A stretch of DNA of 32,000 nt from Sphingobium sp. Leaf26 (GTDB lineage Bacteria; Pseudomonadota; Alphaproteobacteria; Sphingomonadales; Sphingomonadaceae). Position 1 is the stretch's first letter; each line of letters begins with the position of its first letter. The stretch is from the NCBI RefSeq assembly GCF_001421665.1, contig NZ_LMKV01000001.1, forward strand, positions 671,415 through 703,414, in the 5' to 3' direction. Positions 21,935 through 31,599 of the stretch are shown piece after piece. The notes below the pieces were generated by a model. It had not been told where the DNA came from. It worked only from the letters and a program-made list of their open reading frames with translations, and made no database searches. The position numbers and the translations under genes are program-made.

Positions 21935-22770
21935 GAAACAGTCACATCCTTCGGTATCACACGGCGGTTGGCGATCGCCGGCACGCGTCCGCGCACATCC
22001 CCTATGCGCGACAGGTCGATGTCCGCAAGCCCCAGTCCCGCGCGCTCGCCCATGTCGAGCAATATCTCGCCCCACGGATCGATCACCACGCTATGGCCGT
22101 AAGTGACGCGGCCATCCTCATGCTGCCCCACCTGCGCCGTCGCGATGACATAGCAGCCCGCCTCGATCGCCCGCGCGCGCAGCAGCACATGCCAATGCGC
22201 CTGCCCGGTCGGCACGGTGAAGGCGGCCGGCGCGAGCAATATCGTCGCCCCCGCATTGGTCAGCGCCCGGTACAGGTCGGGGAAACGCATGTCGTAGCAG
22301 ATGGAAAAGCCCATCCGCCCCCATGGCGTATCGGCGGCGACCGCCTGTTCGCCCGGCCCATAGACCGAGGATTCACGCCAGCTTTCACCGGTAGCCAGAT
22401 CGACGTCGAACAGATGGATCTTGTCGTAGCGCGCCCGGACTTTCCCCGTATCGTCGATCAGGAAGCTGCGATTGGCCCAGCGCCCGTCGGCCCGCTCGCC
22501 CTTCAGCGGCAGCGACCCGATATGCACCCACAGCCCTTCGCGCGCCGCCGCATCCCGCACGGCGGCCAGCACCACATCCTCCGCCTCGCTGCGCAGCGTA
22601 TCTGCGGCGCGCCCCCGGTCGCGGTCCAGATATCCGGCCATTTCGGGCGTGAACAACATGTCCGCGCCCTCACCCTTGGCCCGCTTCACCATGTCCACGA
22701 TGGCAGCGGCATTGGCGGCGGGATCGACCCCGCTGGTCATCTGGAACAGGGCGGCGCGCATCCTGCTCAT
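21931..22770 (-). CDS. Carbon-nitrogen hydrolase family protein (nitrilase superfamily)
   Basis: 279 aa. It has an LFTPEM-type Glu, the lysine motif YDKIHLFD, and the Cys motif GFSICYDMRFPDLY. Confidence 0.9.
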   Translation of the reverse strand: MSRMRAALFQMTSGVDPAANAAAIVDMVKRAKGEGADMLFTPEMAGYLDRDRGRAADTLRSEAEDVVLAAVRDAAAREGLWVHIGSLPLKGERADGRWANRSFLIDDTGKVRARYDKIHLFDVDLATGESWRESSVYGPGEQAVAADTPWGRMGFSICYDMRFPDLYRALTNAGATILLAPAAFTVPTGQAHWHVLLRARAIEAGCYVIATAQVGQHEDGRVTYGHSVVIDPWGEILLDMGERAGLGLADIDLSRIGDVRGRVPAIANRRVIPKDVTVS

Positions 22771-23024
22771 AGGCCCAGCAAGGCGTCCAGCTTGCCCTCT
22801 CGGTTCAGCGCGGACAGGTCGTCGCTGCCGCCAATATGTTGTCCGTCGATAAAGATTTGCGGCACGCTGGACCGGCCGGGCGCACGCTCCAGCATTTCCT
22901 CGCGCTTCGGCCCGCCCAGCGTGATGTCATATTCCTCGAACGCGACGCCCTTGTCGGTCAGCAACGCCTTGGCCCGCGCGCAATAGCCGCACCAGTCCTT
23001 GGTATAGATTTCAACCTTCGCCAT
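22767..23024 (-). CDS. grxC: Glutaredoxin 3
   Basis: MAKVEIYTKDWCGYCARAKALL...VPQIFIDGQHIGGSDDL. AAGGAG lies upstream of ATG 23024. Confidence 0.9.
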   Translation of the reverse strand: MAKVEIYTKDWCGYCARAKALLTDKGVAFEEYDITLGGPKREEMLERAPGRSSVPQIFIDGQHIGGSDDLSALNREGKLDALLGL

Positions 23025-23078
23025 GATAACTCCTTTCTCCCGAAATTGGGGCAAAGCCGCGCTTTGTCAATCAGCAGG

Positions 23079-23828
23079 TCAGTCGACCGCATCCGGCAGC
23101 ACCCGTGCCCAGCAGAGCAGCCGCACTTCCATCGCTCCGCCGCGCTTCAGCATCTTCGCGCAGGCCGCCGCCGTCGCCCCGCTGGTATGGACATCGTCGA
23201 TCAGCAGCACGCGCCGTCCCTTTACCCCTTGCCGCCCTTCATGACCTTGGCCCAGCGCAAAGGCGCCGCGTACCATCGTCGCCCGCTGCTTCGGGTTCAT
23301 GCCCCGCAGCGGCGCGGTCCGCTTCACCCGGCGCAGGGCGTGCTTCTCCACCGGCCAGCCGGTCAGCCGCCCCAGATGGTCCGCGATCAGCGCAGACTGA
23401 TTGAAGCCCCTGCTCCATAACCGCCAGCGGTGCAGCGGCACCGGCACGATCAGGGCCTCCTGCGTCCCGACATGGCGCAGCATCTGCCGCGCGATCAGCC
23501 GGGCGAGGCCGATCCGCCGCCCATATTTCAGCCGCAACGCCACCGTCCGGGCGACATCGCCATAGGCCAGCACCGCGCGCGCGCTGTCCCAGGGCGGCGG
23601 GTCGGCCATGCAGGCGCCGCATTCCGCGCCTTCGCCCATGTCGTGCGGGAACGGGATGCCGCAGCGCGCACAACAGGGTTCCCCCAGCAACGCCATCCCA
23701 CCCCAGCAGGACAGGCAGAAGGCGAAATCCTCGCCCACGATGGCACCGCAGCCGGGGCAACGCGGCGGCAGCGCATAATCGACCGCAGGCTGCAAAAGCC
23801 CCTTGAGAAGCGGGAGGACAGGCATCAT
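23079..23828 (-). CDS. ComF family protein (double zinc ribbon plus phosphoribosyltransferase domain)
   Basis: The N-terminus has the cysteines PPRCPGCG...CLSCW...CCARCG. The C-terminus has the PRTase motif VLLIDDVHTSGAT. Confidence 0.85.
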   Translation of the reverse strand: MMPVLPLLKGLLQPAVDYALPPRCPGCGAIVGEDFAFCLSCWGGMALLGEPCCARCGIPFPHDMGEGAECGACMADPPPWDSARAVLAYGDVARTVALRLKYGRRIGLARLIARQMLRHVGTQEALIVPVPLHRWRLWSRGFNQSALIADHLGRLTGWPVEKHALRRVKRTAPLRGMNPKQRATMVRGAFALGQGHEGRQGVKGRRVLLIDDVHTSGATAAACAKMLKRGGAMEVRLLCWARVLPDAVD

Positions 23829-23869
23829 CTGCCTTGTCCGCACTTCGCGCCCGATGCACAAGGCCCGCC

Positions 23870-24721
23870 ATGGATTCCCGCCCCGACATTTTCGATCGCG
23901 CCCGCCGCGCCCGCCAGCGCGACCGTATGCTAGACGGCTTTGCCGACCATGATTTCCTCCACCGCGCGATGCTGGACGAATTGCTCGACCGACTGGGCGA
24001 CGTGCAGCGCGACCTACCCGAAGTGCTGGTGATCGGTTGCCCCGACGGCAGCGCGAAGGCGGCGCTGGAAGCCCTGGGCAAGCGCGTCGCCTGCGCCGAC
24101 CCCGGCTTCCTGGCGGCCAGGGCGGCGGGCGGGGTGCAGGTGGACGAGGATGCCCTGCCCTTCGCCGACGACAGTTTCGACCTCATTATCGCCTGCGGTA
24201 CGCTCGACAGCGTGAACGACTTGCCGGGCGCGCTCATCCTGATGCGCCGCGTGTTGCGCCCCGACGGGCTGATGCTGGCCGCCTTCGCCGGTGCCGGCAG
24301 CCTGCCGCGCCTCAAGGCCGCCCTGCTCGCCGCCGAGGGCGACCGCCCCGGCCAGCATGTCCATCCGCAGGTCGATGTGCGCTCCGCCGGCGACTTGCTC
24401 AGCCGCGCGGGCTTCACCATGCCAGTCGCGGACGGAGACGTACTGAACATCCGCTATGGCGATGTCCTACGCCTGATGCACGACCTGCGTGGCATGGGTG
24501 CAGGCAATGCGCTGGCGACCCGCGCGCCCGCGCTCACTCGCGCCGTGCTGATACGCGCGGCGGCCCAGTTTGCCGGGGCCGCCGACCCGGATGGCCGCAC
24601 CGCAGAGCAGATGGCGATCATCTACCTGTCCGGCTGGAAACCCGACCCCAGCCAGGCCGCGCCCGCAAAACGCGGCAGCGCCACGGTATCGCTGGCGGCG
24701 GCGCTGAAGGGGAAGGATTGA
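23870..24721 (+). CDS. Class I SAM-dependent methyltransferase
   Basis: It has VLVIGCPDG (motif I) and DLIIACGTLDSVNDLPGAL. It is divergent from the comF-family gene, a common alphaproteobacterial arrangement. Confidence 0.8.
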   Translation: MDSRPDIFDRARRARQRDRMLDGFADHDFLHRAMLDELLDRLGDVQRDLPEVLVIGCPDGSAKAALEALGKRVACADPGFLAARAAGGVQVDEDALPFADDSFDLIIACGTLDSVNDLPGALILMRRVLRPDGLMLAAFAGAGSLPRLKAALLAAEGDRPGQHVHPQVDVRSAGDLLSRAGFTMPVADGDVLNIRYGDVLRLMHDLRGMGAGNALATRAPALTRAVLIRAAAQFAGAADPDGRTAEQMAIIYLSGWKPDPSQAAPAKRGSATVSLAAALKGKD

Positions 24722-24740
24722 CCCTTCCCCCGCGTGCCGA

Positions 24741-25526
24741 TCATTCGATGGTCACGCCCGCCACGCGCCATATGCCGCCTTCCTTGTCCAGACTGACCGT
24801 TTCGATCGCATCGGCCTTGTTGGCGTAGCTGGTGCGGAACTTCACCACTTCATAGCCATAGGGCGGCGCCGGCAGATTTTGCTGACTGAGCAGGACGCGG
24901 GACAGCACAGCGCCCAGCGGCACCCGAACCTTTTCCGACGTATCGGCCCAGACTTTCAGGCTGTTCAATTTGCGGAAGGAGGCCATCGTCCCGCGATAGC
25001 TGTCCTCCCATTTCCCCTGGTCCACCAGCGTCAGCCACTGGCGGGCGGCATCCACCACCTGCGGGTCGGTTGCCGCACTGGCCGCAACGGGGGCTGTCTG
25101 GTCAGTGGGCATATTCTGCGGGATGGCGGCCAATGCCAGCAGGCCAAGAAGGAATGTCATGAGCGTTACTCCGATGATGATCCGGACAGGACGAACCGCC
25201 CGGCCCGCGCCGCCGGTCGGCGCCGCATCCTGATCGGCCGGAGTGGCCGCCGCATCTTCCCCTATTTCTGTGTCCCCGACACAATTGGGGAACGCCGCAC
25301 CCTGTCCATCGCCGCCCTCCGCCTCCAGCAGCAGCCGGGCCGCCTCCCGGCTGCTCGACACCGCCATCTTGCGCCGCGCATCGCGGAGCCGTTCGTTGAT
25401 GGTATGGACCGACAGGCCCAGGCTGCGCGCGATCGACTTGGCGTCATGGCCACGCACGATCAGGCGCAGCGTCTGCTTCTCCTTCTCGGTCAGCGTCCAG
25501 CCCATATCCGTCATCTGCATGCTCAT
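24741..25526 (-). CDS. LuxR-family HTH regulator with a transmembrane segment and DUF4019-like C-terminal domain
   Basis: The N-terminus is LTEKEKQTLRLIVRGHDAKSIARSLGLSVHTINERLRDARRKM. A hydrophobic helix is IIIGVTLMTFLLGLLALAAI. The C-terminal domain is about 100 aa. Confidence 0.75.
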   Translation of the reverse strand: MSMQMTDMGWTLTEKEKQTLRLIVRGHDAKSIARSLGLSVHTINERLRDARRKMAVSSSREAARLLLEAEGGDGQGAAFPNCVGDTEIGEDAAATPADQDAAPTGGAGRAVRPVRIIIGVTLMTFLLGLLALAAIPQNMPTDQTAPVAASAATDPQVVDAARQWLTLVDQGKWEDSYRGTMASFRKLNSLKVWADTSEKVRVPLGAVLSRVLLSQQNLPAPPYGYEVVKFRTSYANKADAIETVSLDKEGGIWRVAGVTIE

Positions 25527-25749
25527 AGGAGTGAAGACCTAAGCCGCCCATCGGATAGCAGCTACCCCCAAAAATTTGTATTCGAGCCGGAGATGGACGC
25601 CCGCCTGTCCTACAGCGCCTTGCTCATGATAAGCTATTGAACCCTGTTCGGCCGCCTGGAGAGCGCTGCGCCAGATAGGAAAGATAATGTCCGACTTTGC
25701 TCATATCATGTCAAAATCAGCGGGAAATATGCGAAGTTAAGGCCCAGCC

Positions 25750-26616
25750 TCAGCCGACCGCCACCGCGCCCACCATCGGTCCGTCCTCCACCGTCCGCGA
25801 CGTCCAGCCCGCACTGTCATGGGCATATTCGACATGACTCGCCCGGCGAAACGCCGCGCCGTCCCACACGATCACCTGCAATTCGATCTCGTTGTTGCGG
25901 CGGACATGCAGCCAGTTGAAGCTTTGCGGCTCGGCATTGCGCAGCCGGGTCGATGTGGCGGTGCCAGCCTGAATCACCAGCGCGCCGCCGCTATGTTCGA
26001 CCATCTTCTGCGCGGCCTGCGCATAGGTGCGGTGGAAATGGCCGGCCAGCGCCAGATGCACCCCGGCCTCGCACGCGGCCTTGACCGCATCGTCATGCCG
26101 GCCGACCGCCTCGCTCAGTTCGCCGCCCTTGCCAATCGGCATTTCGAACAGCGGATGATGGGTGACGAGGATGCGGGTCTTGTCCGGCGCCACCTGTGCA
26201 AAGCGTTCGCGCAGGAGGTCCATCTGGTCATGGTTGATCCGCCCGTCCTTGATCGTCAGCGACCGCGCCGTGTTGATCCCTTGGATCGCAACCTCCCGGT
26301 CCTCATAAAAGGGGCAGAGGTCATTGCTGATATAGCGTTTGTAACGCGCCAGCGGCCGGGTGAAGCGGCGCACCACATCATAGAGCGGCACATCATGATT
26401 ACCCGGCACCACCAGCGTCTTCAGCCCCGCACCGTGCAGCCGGCTGACCCAGGCAGCGGCCTCACGAAACTGCTCCACCCGCGCCCGCTGGGTGAAGTCG
26501 CCGCTGATGACGACCAGATCGGGCCGCTTTTCTTCGAGCCAGGCGGTGGCGGCGTCCACGATCTTGCGATCATTGGCGCCAAAATGGATATCGGACAGAT
26601 GAGCGATGCGAGCCAT
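25750..26616 (-). CDS. Metallophosphoesterase
   Basis: Motifs found: HLSDIHFG, SGDFTQ, GNHD and HHP. Confidence 0.85.
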   Translation of the reverse strand: MARIAHLSDIHFGANDRKIVDAATAWLEEKRPDLVVISGDFTQRARVEQFREAAAWVSRLHGAGLKTLVVPGNHDVPLYDVVRRFTRPLARYKRYISNDLCPFYEDREVAIQGINTARSLTIKDGRINHDQMDLLRERFAQVAPDKTRILVTHHPLFEMPIGKGGELSEAVGRHDDAVKAACEAGVHLALAGHFHRTYAQAAQKMVEHSGGALVIQAGTATSTRLRNAEPQSFNWLHVRRNNEIELQVIVWDGAAFRRASHVEYAHDSAGWTSRTVEDGPMVGAVAVG

Positions 26617-26686
26617 GGCACAGTAACGATTGCAAGCCACAGGGTTTCCAACGGACCCAAATCCCTTCTCGTGGAGTTATTGCGGC

Positions 26687-27580
26687 ATGGAAACGAAGCC
26701 CCTCCCCAAGGACGCCATATTGGTCGTCAACGCCCATAGCCGAAGCGGGCAGGACAATTTCGCGCAGGCGAAGGCAAAGCTGGAAGCCGCGGGTGTCCGC
26801 CTGATCGCCGCCCACGCGGTGGAAGAACCGGAACGGATGGCCGCCACCGTCCGTCAGGCAGTGGAAAGCGGTGCGCCGATGGTGATCGTCGGCGGCGGCG
26901 ATGGCTCCATGTCGGGCACGGTGGACGAACTGGTCGGCAAGGACTGCGTATTCGGCGTGCTGCCGCTTGGCACCGCGAACAGCTTCGCGCGGACGCTCGG
27001 CCTGCCGCTCGACCTGGACGGGGCAGTGCAGGCGATCGCTACCGGCCAGCGCCGCCGGGTCGATCTCGGCATGATAGACCAGGACTATTTCGTCAACGCT
27101 GCCTCGCTCGGCCTTTCGCCGATGATCGGGCGGACTGTCCCGCACAAGCTGAAACGCTATCTCGGACGGATCGGCTATCTGCTCTGGGCAGTCAAATGTT
27201 CGGTCGGCTTCCGCCCCTTCCGCCTGACGATCGACGATGGCGTGAAGGAACGGCGCCTGTGGTCGACCGAGGTGCGCATCCTCAACGGCCCTTATCATGG
27301 CGGGGTCGAACTGTCCGACCATGCCGATGTCGATACCGGGGAAATCGTGGTGCAGGCCGTCGTGGGCCGCAGCAAGCCGCGCCTGGCCTGGGACTGGTAT
27401 GCCAAATTCTTCAAGCTGCGCGATCGCGACGCCCATACCGAGGAGTTTCACGGCCGCTCCTTCAGGATCGAGACCGTCCCGCGCCAGCGTATCTCGATCG
27501 ACGGCGAGGTGCTGGCGAAGACGCCTGTCACGGTGAAGGTCGCGGCGGGCGCGATCGACGTCGCCGTTCCGGGCGACTAG
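26687..27580 (+). CDS. Diacylglycerol/lipid kinase family protein (YegS-like)
   Basis: Motifs found: VVNAHSRSG, VGGGDGSMSG and GVLPLGTANSFAR. Confidence 0.85.
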   Translation: METKPLPKDAILVVNAHSRSGQDNFAQAKAKLEAAGVRLIAAHAVEEPERMAATVRQAVESGAPMVIVGGGDGSMSGTVDELVGKDCVFGVLPLGTANSFARTLGLPLDLDGAVQAIATGQRRRVDLGMIDQDYFVNAASLGLSPMIGRTVPHKLKRYLGRIGYLLWAVKCSVGFRPFRLTIDDGVKERRLWSTEVRILNGPYHGGVELSDHADVDTGEIVVQAVVGRSKPRLAWDWYAKFFKLRDRDAHTEEFHGRSFRIETVPRQRISIDGEVLAKTPVTVKVAAGAIDVAVPGD

Positions 27581-27647
27581 GGACGGATGCTTGCCAAATC
27601 GGCATGGCGCGGCAAGAAGGCGTCGAGCAAGGCCAATGTGAGGATCA

Positions 27648-29588
27648 ATGCCCCAATATCCGGACCAGATCCGCAAATTATGGAAATCGGACCTGTTCCG
27701 CCTGATGCGGATGATCGTCTCGCCCCAGGCACGCACCAAATTCCACCTTGCCCCCGGCCCGGCGCCATCGACGCTGGTCGAACCGTGGCATAGCGACCAT
27801 CGCTATCGTAACCCGGTCGACCTGCGCGTCCGTGACGTGCCGATCCGCCGCGCCCTCGTCATCGGCTCCTGCCTCGCCCAAGCCTATGCCGACTATCGCG
27901 GCTTCGCCCCGCATTTCGATTGCGATTTCGTCCTTGCCAACTTCGCGCATGAATTGCCGGCCACCCCGCCCCGATCTGTCGCCGACTATGATTTCCAGTT
28001 GGTCAGCCCCGCCTATCGCGTGCTCGTGCCGGAATATGGTTTCTTCACCATCCCCTATAGCGACCTTGCGGGTTATGAGCGCTTCTTCGCTGAATGTTGC
28101 GACCGGCTCGACATGGTGCTGGCCTCGCTGCTGACCTGGAATCGCGATCACCAGTTGCTCAGCTTCGTCACCAACTTCCTCGTACCGCAACAAAATCCCA
28201 TGGGCCGCCTGCTCCCGCCCCACGATCTGCGCAACCCGGCCTTTTTCGTCGAGCGGTTGAACGAGCATCTGCATCGGCGCCTGACTGATTATCCCAACGC
28301 CCATATGATCGACATCGCCGCGATCGCGCGCAATTTCGGCCAGAAGCTGATTCAGGACGATCATGTGTGGCACCAGTCCCATGGCAGCTATCTGGGCGAC
28401 TGGGATCATGAAGTGGATGGTGGCCGGATCGAACCGACCTATCCCGCCAGCCATTTCTACCCGCTCAAGACCTCGCCCTTCTTCAAGGCCGTGTGGGAAG
28501 AGATTGGCGGCGCCTATCGCATCATCCACCAGATCGACCCGGTGAAGATGGTCGTGGTCGACCTGGACGACACATTATGGCGCGGGGTCATGGCCGAAGA
28601 CGCCCTCAGCCATGTCGAACCACTGGAAGGCTGGCCGCTCGGTGTCATCGACGCGCTGGCGACGCTGCGCAAGCGCGGCATCTTGCTGGCGATCCTCAGC
28701 AAGAATGAAGAGGCCAAGGTCGAAGCCTTGTGGCCGGACGTCCTTCGGCCGATCTTTCCCCTGTCCGCCTTTGCCAGCCGCCGGATCAACTGGCGGCCCA
28801 AGGCGGAGAATATGGCCGAACTGCTCAAGGAGACAAACCTCCTGCCGAAAAATATCGTTTTCATCGACGATAATCCGGTGGAGCGCGCGGCGATGAAGGC
28901 GGCGTGGCCCGATATTCGGGTGCTGGGCGATCATCCCTATCTGCTGCGCCGCATCCTGCTCTGGGCCCCTGAAACGCAGGTGCCCGCGATCTCAGAGGAA
29001 TCGGCCCGCCGTACCGACATGATCCAGGCGCAGGTGGTGCGCGACACCGCACGCAGCAGCATGACCCGCGAGACATTCCTGGCCGAACTGAACGTGCGGA
29101 TCGCCCCGGTCACGATCCGCGATGTCCGCCATGCGCTGTTCCCGCGCGCGATGGAACTCATCAACAAGACCAACCAGTTCAACACCACCGGCGAACGCTG
29201 GACGATGGAACGGCTGGCCGCCCTGTTCGATCGCGGCGGCCATCTGGCGGCCTTTGCCGTGACCGACAAATTCTCCGCCTATGGCACCGTCATCGTCGCC
29301 ATCGTGGCGCCGGCGCAGATCGTGCAGATGGTGATGAGTTGCCGGGTGATCGGGCTGGGCGTCGAACAGGCAGCGCTGGCCTGGATCATCGACACGATGC
29401 GACCGGACGGCGATAGACGCCTGACGGCGCCATTGATCGAGACGAAGGACAATCTGCCTGCACGGGATATCTATCGCCAGGCTGGCTTCACCCAGCATGG
29501 CGACCAATGGATATTGGACGGTAGTGGCCCTGCCATGCCCGCCCATGTCCGTATCGCCGCCGACCCCAAAGCTGCGGCCCTCGCCTGA
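27648..29588 (+). CDS. HAD-IIIC family phosphatase / FkbH-like protein
   Basis: 646 aa. The HAD motif I is VVVDLDDTLWRGVM; also LSKNEE and FIDDNPVER. The C-terminal region is acyltransferase-like and the N-terminal ~300 aa are unassigned. Confidence 0.8.
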   Translation: MPQYPDQIRKLWKSDLFRLMRMIVSPQARTKFHLAPGPAPSTLVEPWHSDHRYRNPVDLRVRDVPIRRALVIGSCLAQAYADYRGFAPHFDCDFVLANFAHELPATPPRSVADYDFQLVSPAYRVLVPEYGFFTIPYSDLAGYERFFAECCDRLDMVLASLLTWNRDHQLLSFVTNFLVPQQNPMGRLLPPHDLRNPAFFVERLNEHLHRRLTDYPNAHMIDIAAIARNFGQKLIQDDHVWHQSHGSYLGDWDHEVDGGRIEPTYPASHFYPLKTSPFFKAVWEEIGGAYRIIHQIDPVKMVVVDLDDTLWRGVMAEDALSHVEPLEGWPLGVIDALATLRKRGILLAILSKNEEAKVEALWPDVLRPIFPLSAFASRRINWRPKAENMAELLKETNLLPKNIVFIDDNPVERAAMKAAWPDIRVLGDHPYLLRRILLWAPETQVPAISEESARRTDMIQAQVVRDTARSSMTRETFLAELNVRIAPVTIRDVRHALFPRAMELINKTNQFNTTGERWTMERLAALFDRGGHLAAFAVTDKFSAYGTVIVAIVAPAQIVQMVMSCRVIGLGVEQAALAWIIDTMRPDGDRRLTAPLIETKDNLPARDIYRQAGFTQHGDQWILDGSGPAMPAHVRIAADPKAAALA

Positions 29589-29594
29589 AGCCAC

Positions 29595-29632
29595 AAAAAA
29601 GGGGCCGGAAAACCGGCCCCTTTCCTGTTTTC
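29595..29632. terminator. Bidirectional intrinsic terminator between the FkbH-like gene and rpsI
   Basis: aaaaaa-ggggccgg-aaaa-ccggcccc-tttcctgtttt. Confidence 0.75.
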
Positions 29633-29647
29633 ATATTCCGAAGAAAC

Positions 29648-30196
29648 TTAGCGCTTCGAGAACTGGAAGCTCTTGCGGGCCTTCGCCTTGCCGTACTTCT
29701 TACGCTCGACGACGCGGCTGTCGCGGGTCAGGAAGCCTTCGGCCTTGACCGCGCTGCGCAGCGCCGGTTCATACTTCGACAGCGCCTGGGCGATGCCATG
29801 CTTCACGGCGCCGGCCTGACCCGACAGACCGCCGCCCTTGACGGTAGCGATCACGTCATACTGGCCGACACGGTCGGTAACCGTGAACGTCTGGTTGATG
29901 ACCAGACGCAGGGTCGGACGGGCGAAATAGATTTCCTGATCGCGGCCGTTGACCGTGATCTTGCCGGTGCCGGGCTTCACCCACACGCGAGCGACGGCGT
30001 CTTTACGACGGCCGGTCGCATAGGCGCGGCCGAGGCTGTCGATTTCCTGATCGCGCAGCGGCGCCGAAGGCTGAACCGGAGCGGCGACGACGGGCGCTTC
30101 ACCTTCCACGGCGTCGGCAGCGACAGGCGCGGCAGCGACGGGGGCGTTGGTGGTCAGCGACGCGAGGTCGGACAGAGACTGGCGGTTATCGGTCAT
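29648..30196 (-). CDS. rpsI: 30S ribosomal protein S9 (with Ala/Pro/Val-rich N-terminal extension)
   Basis: [25 protein letters not shown]...[19 protein letters not shown]...[26 protein letters not shown]. Confidence 0.95.
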   Translation of the reverse strand: MTDNRQSLSDLASLTTNAPVAAAPVAADAVEGEAPVVAAPVQPSAPLRDQEIDSLGRAYATGRRKDAVARVWVKPGTGKITVNGRDQEIYFARPTLRLVINQTFTVTDRVGQYDVIATVKGGGLSGQAGAVKHGIAQALSKYEPALRSAVKAEGFLTRDSRVVERKKYGKAKARKSFQFSKR

Positions 30197-30675
30197 TATG
30201 CACCCACCTTGTTCTTGCGGTTGCGCGACACGAAGTCGAGCACTTCAGGGTTCTGGGCTTCATGGGCGTGTTCGGCACCAGCGAAGATACGCAGGTTGCG
30301 CATCTGCTGACGGCCCAGCGGACCACGGGGGATCATACGCTCTACGGCCTTTTCCAGGACGCGCTCGGGGAAACGACCTTCCAGAATCTTCTGGGGGGTG
30401 GTTTCCTTGATGCCGCCGGCATAACCGGTGTGCTTGTAGTACACCTTGTCGGTCAGCTTGCGACCGGTGAACTTCACCTTGCCGGCGTTGATGATGATGA
30501 CATTGTCACCGCAATCGACGTGGGGGGTGAAGCTGGTCTTGTGCTTGCCGCGCAGGATATTCGCGACGGTCGATGCGAGACGGCCCACGACGGCGCCTTC
30601 GGCGTCGATCAGGATCCACTTCTTTTCGACCGTTGCCGGGGTGGCCGGCTTGGTGGTCTTCATCAGCGCCTTCAT
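30196..30675 (-). CDS. rplM: 50S ribosomal protein L13
   Basis: [18 protein letters not shown]...[21 protein letters not shown]...[13 protein letters not shown]. The stop overlaps the rpsI start. Confidence 0.95.
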   Translation of the reverse strand: MKALMKTTKPATPATVEKKWILIDAEGAVVGRLASTVANILRGKHKTSFTPHVDCGDNVIIINAGKVKFTGRKLTDKVYYKHTGYAGGIKETTPQKILEGRFPERVLEKAVERMIPRGPLGRQQMRNLRIFAGAEHAHEAQNPEVLDFVSRNRKNKVGA

Positions 30676-30810
30676 GGTGCCAATACTCCAGAATGTAAAA
30701 TGAAACCGGGTGCCGTTGCCGACACCCGGAAGTGGGGCGCTAATGATGGATGAGGACCGTCAAGTCAAGAGATTCGGCCGCTTTGCTGACGGGTAAAATA
30801 ATACCGCCGA

Positions 30811-31599
30811 TCAATTCGCCAATGTCAGCACACGGTTTTCGGTCAGCGCCAGCGTGCCTACCGCCAGGCTGCGCTGCTGGCTTTCGACCAGTCCAGTCGT
30901 GCGCGACAGATGATAGCGGATGCTGACCTGTACCCCGTCGCCAGCCAGCTTCTCCTCAAGGTCCAGTGCACCAGCCGCCTCACCGTCGACCCGCAACATG
31001 CCTTCCACCGGCACCGGACGGCCCAGCGGCGATCCCGCCACGGTGCGCAGACCGCGCCCCTCGCCGCCTGCAACATCGCTGCCGGCAAACAGGAAGAGCG
31101 GCTGCACCTCTCCCGCCAGCAGTGCCAGCCGCCCCTCCGGCGAAAGGCTCGCGAACAGTGCCTGGACATTGGCGGCCGCCTTGTGCCGGGGCGCGTCAGG
31201 CGGAAAGCTCGCCAGCATGGCGTCGATCCCGGCCTGCACCTTGGCCCAGACCGCATCCAGATCGTCCGCAGCGATGATCCGACCCTTGTCGTCCAGCCGG
31301 AATCGCACCGTCACGCCGATCAGAGGGGTCAACGCCGCGCGATAGGGTTCCGCCCCGGCAGCCGGCGCGTCGCTGTCGATGGCCCGCAGCGTCACGTCCA
31401 GCCTGTAGCCATCGGCGGTGCGCGCAAACCGCAGGTCGCGCGCAGCGCTGAAGACACGCGCGACACCTTCGACCGGCCGATGCTGCTCGATCCGGTAGCT
31501 GAGCGTCCGGTCGATCGGCGGTGCAAAGGGGATGGCGATGGTCTGAGCCGCGACCGGTTGCGCCAGCGCAATCGCGATGATGGCGGACAATCCCCTCAA
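30811..31599 (-). CDS. Hypothetical secreted protein
   Basis: TTG 31599 forms a TTGA overlap with the COX15 stop. The product (M)RGLSAIIAIALAQPVAAQ has a signal-peptide shape. The longer ORF call would overlap COX15. Confidence 0.55.
   Translation of the reverse strand: MRGLSAIIAIALAQPVAAQTIAIPFAPPIDRTLSYRIEQHRPVEGVARVFSAARDLRFARTADGYRLDVTLRAIDSDAPAAGAEPYRAALTPLIGVTVRFRLDDKGRIIAADDLDAVWAKVQAGIDAMLASFPPDAPRHKAAANVQALFASLSPEGRLALLAGEVQPLFLFAGSDVAGGEGRGLRTVAGSPLGRPVPVEGMLRVDGEAAGALDLEEKLAGDGVQVSIRYHLSRTTGLVESQQRSLAVGTLALTENRVLTLAN

Noticed and set aside
21736-22986. 416-aa plus-strand ORF, and similar long ORFs elsewhere in the core region: 23239-24450 minus, 24037-24828 plus, 24879-25640 plus, 25819-26739 plus, 26570-27739 minus, 27678-28529 minus, 28992-29594 minus, 29798-30310 plus, 30262-30753 plus and 30910-31857 plus.
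   Set aside because: These are shadow ORFs opposite or out of frame with well-supported genes in GC-rich DNA. Their products are Arg/Pro/Gly/Ala-rich with low-complexity runs and no motifs.
30706-30729. Hairpin ccgggtg...cacccgg about 30 nt upstream of rplM, as a possible ribosomal-protein leader.
   Set aside because: It is a single 7-bp stem, and I cannot match it to a known L13 leader from memory. The evidence is insufficient to call it.
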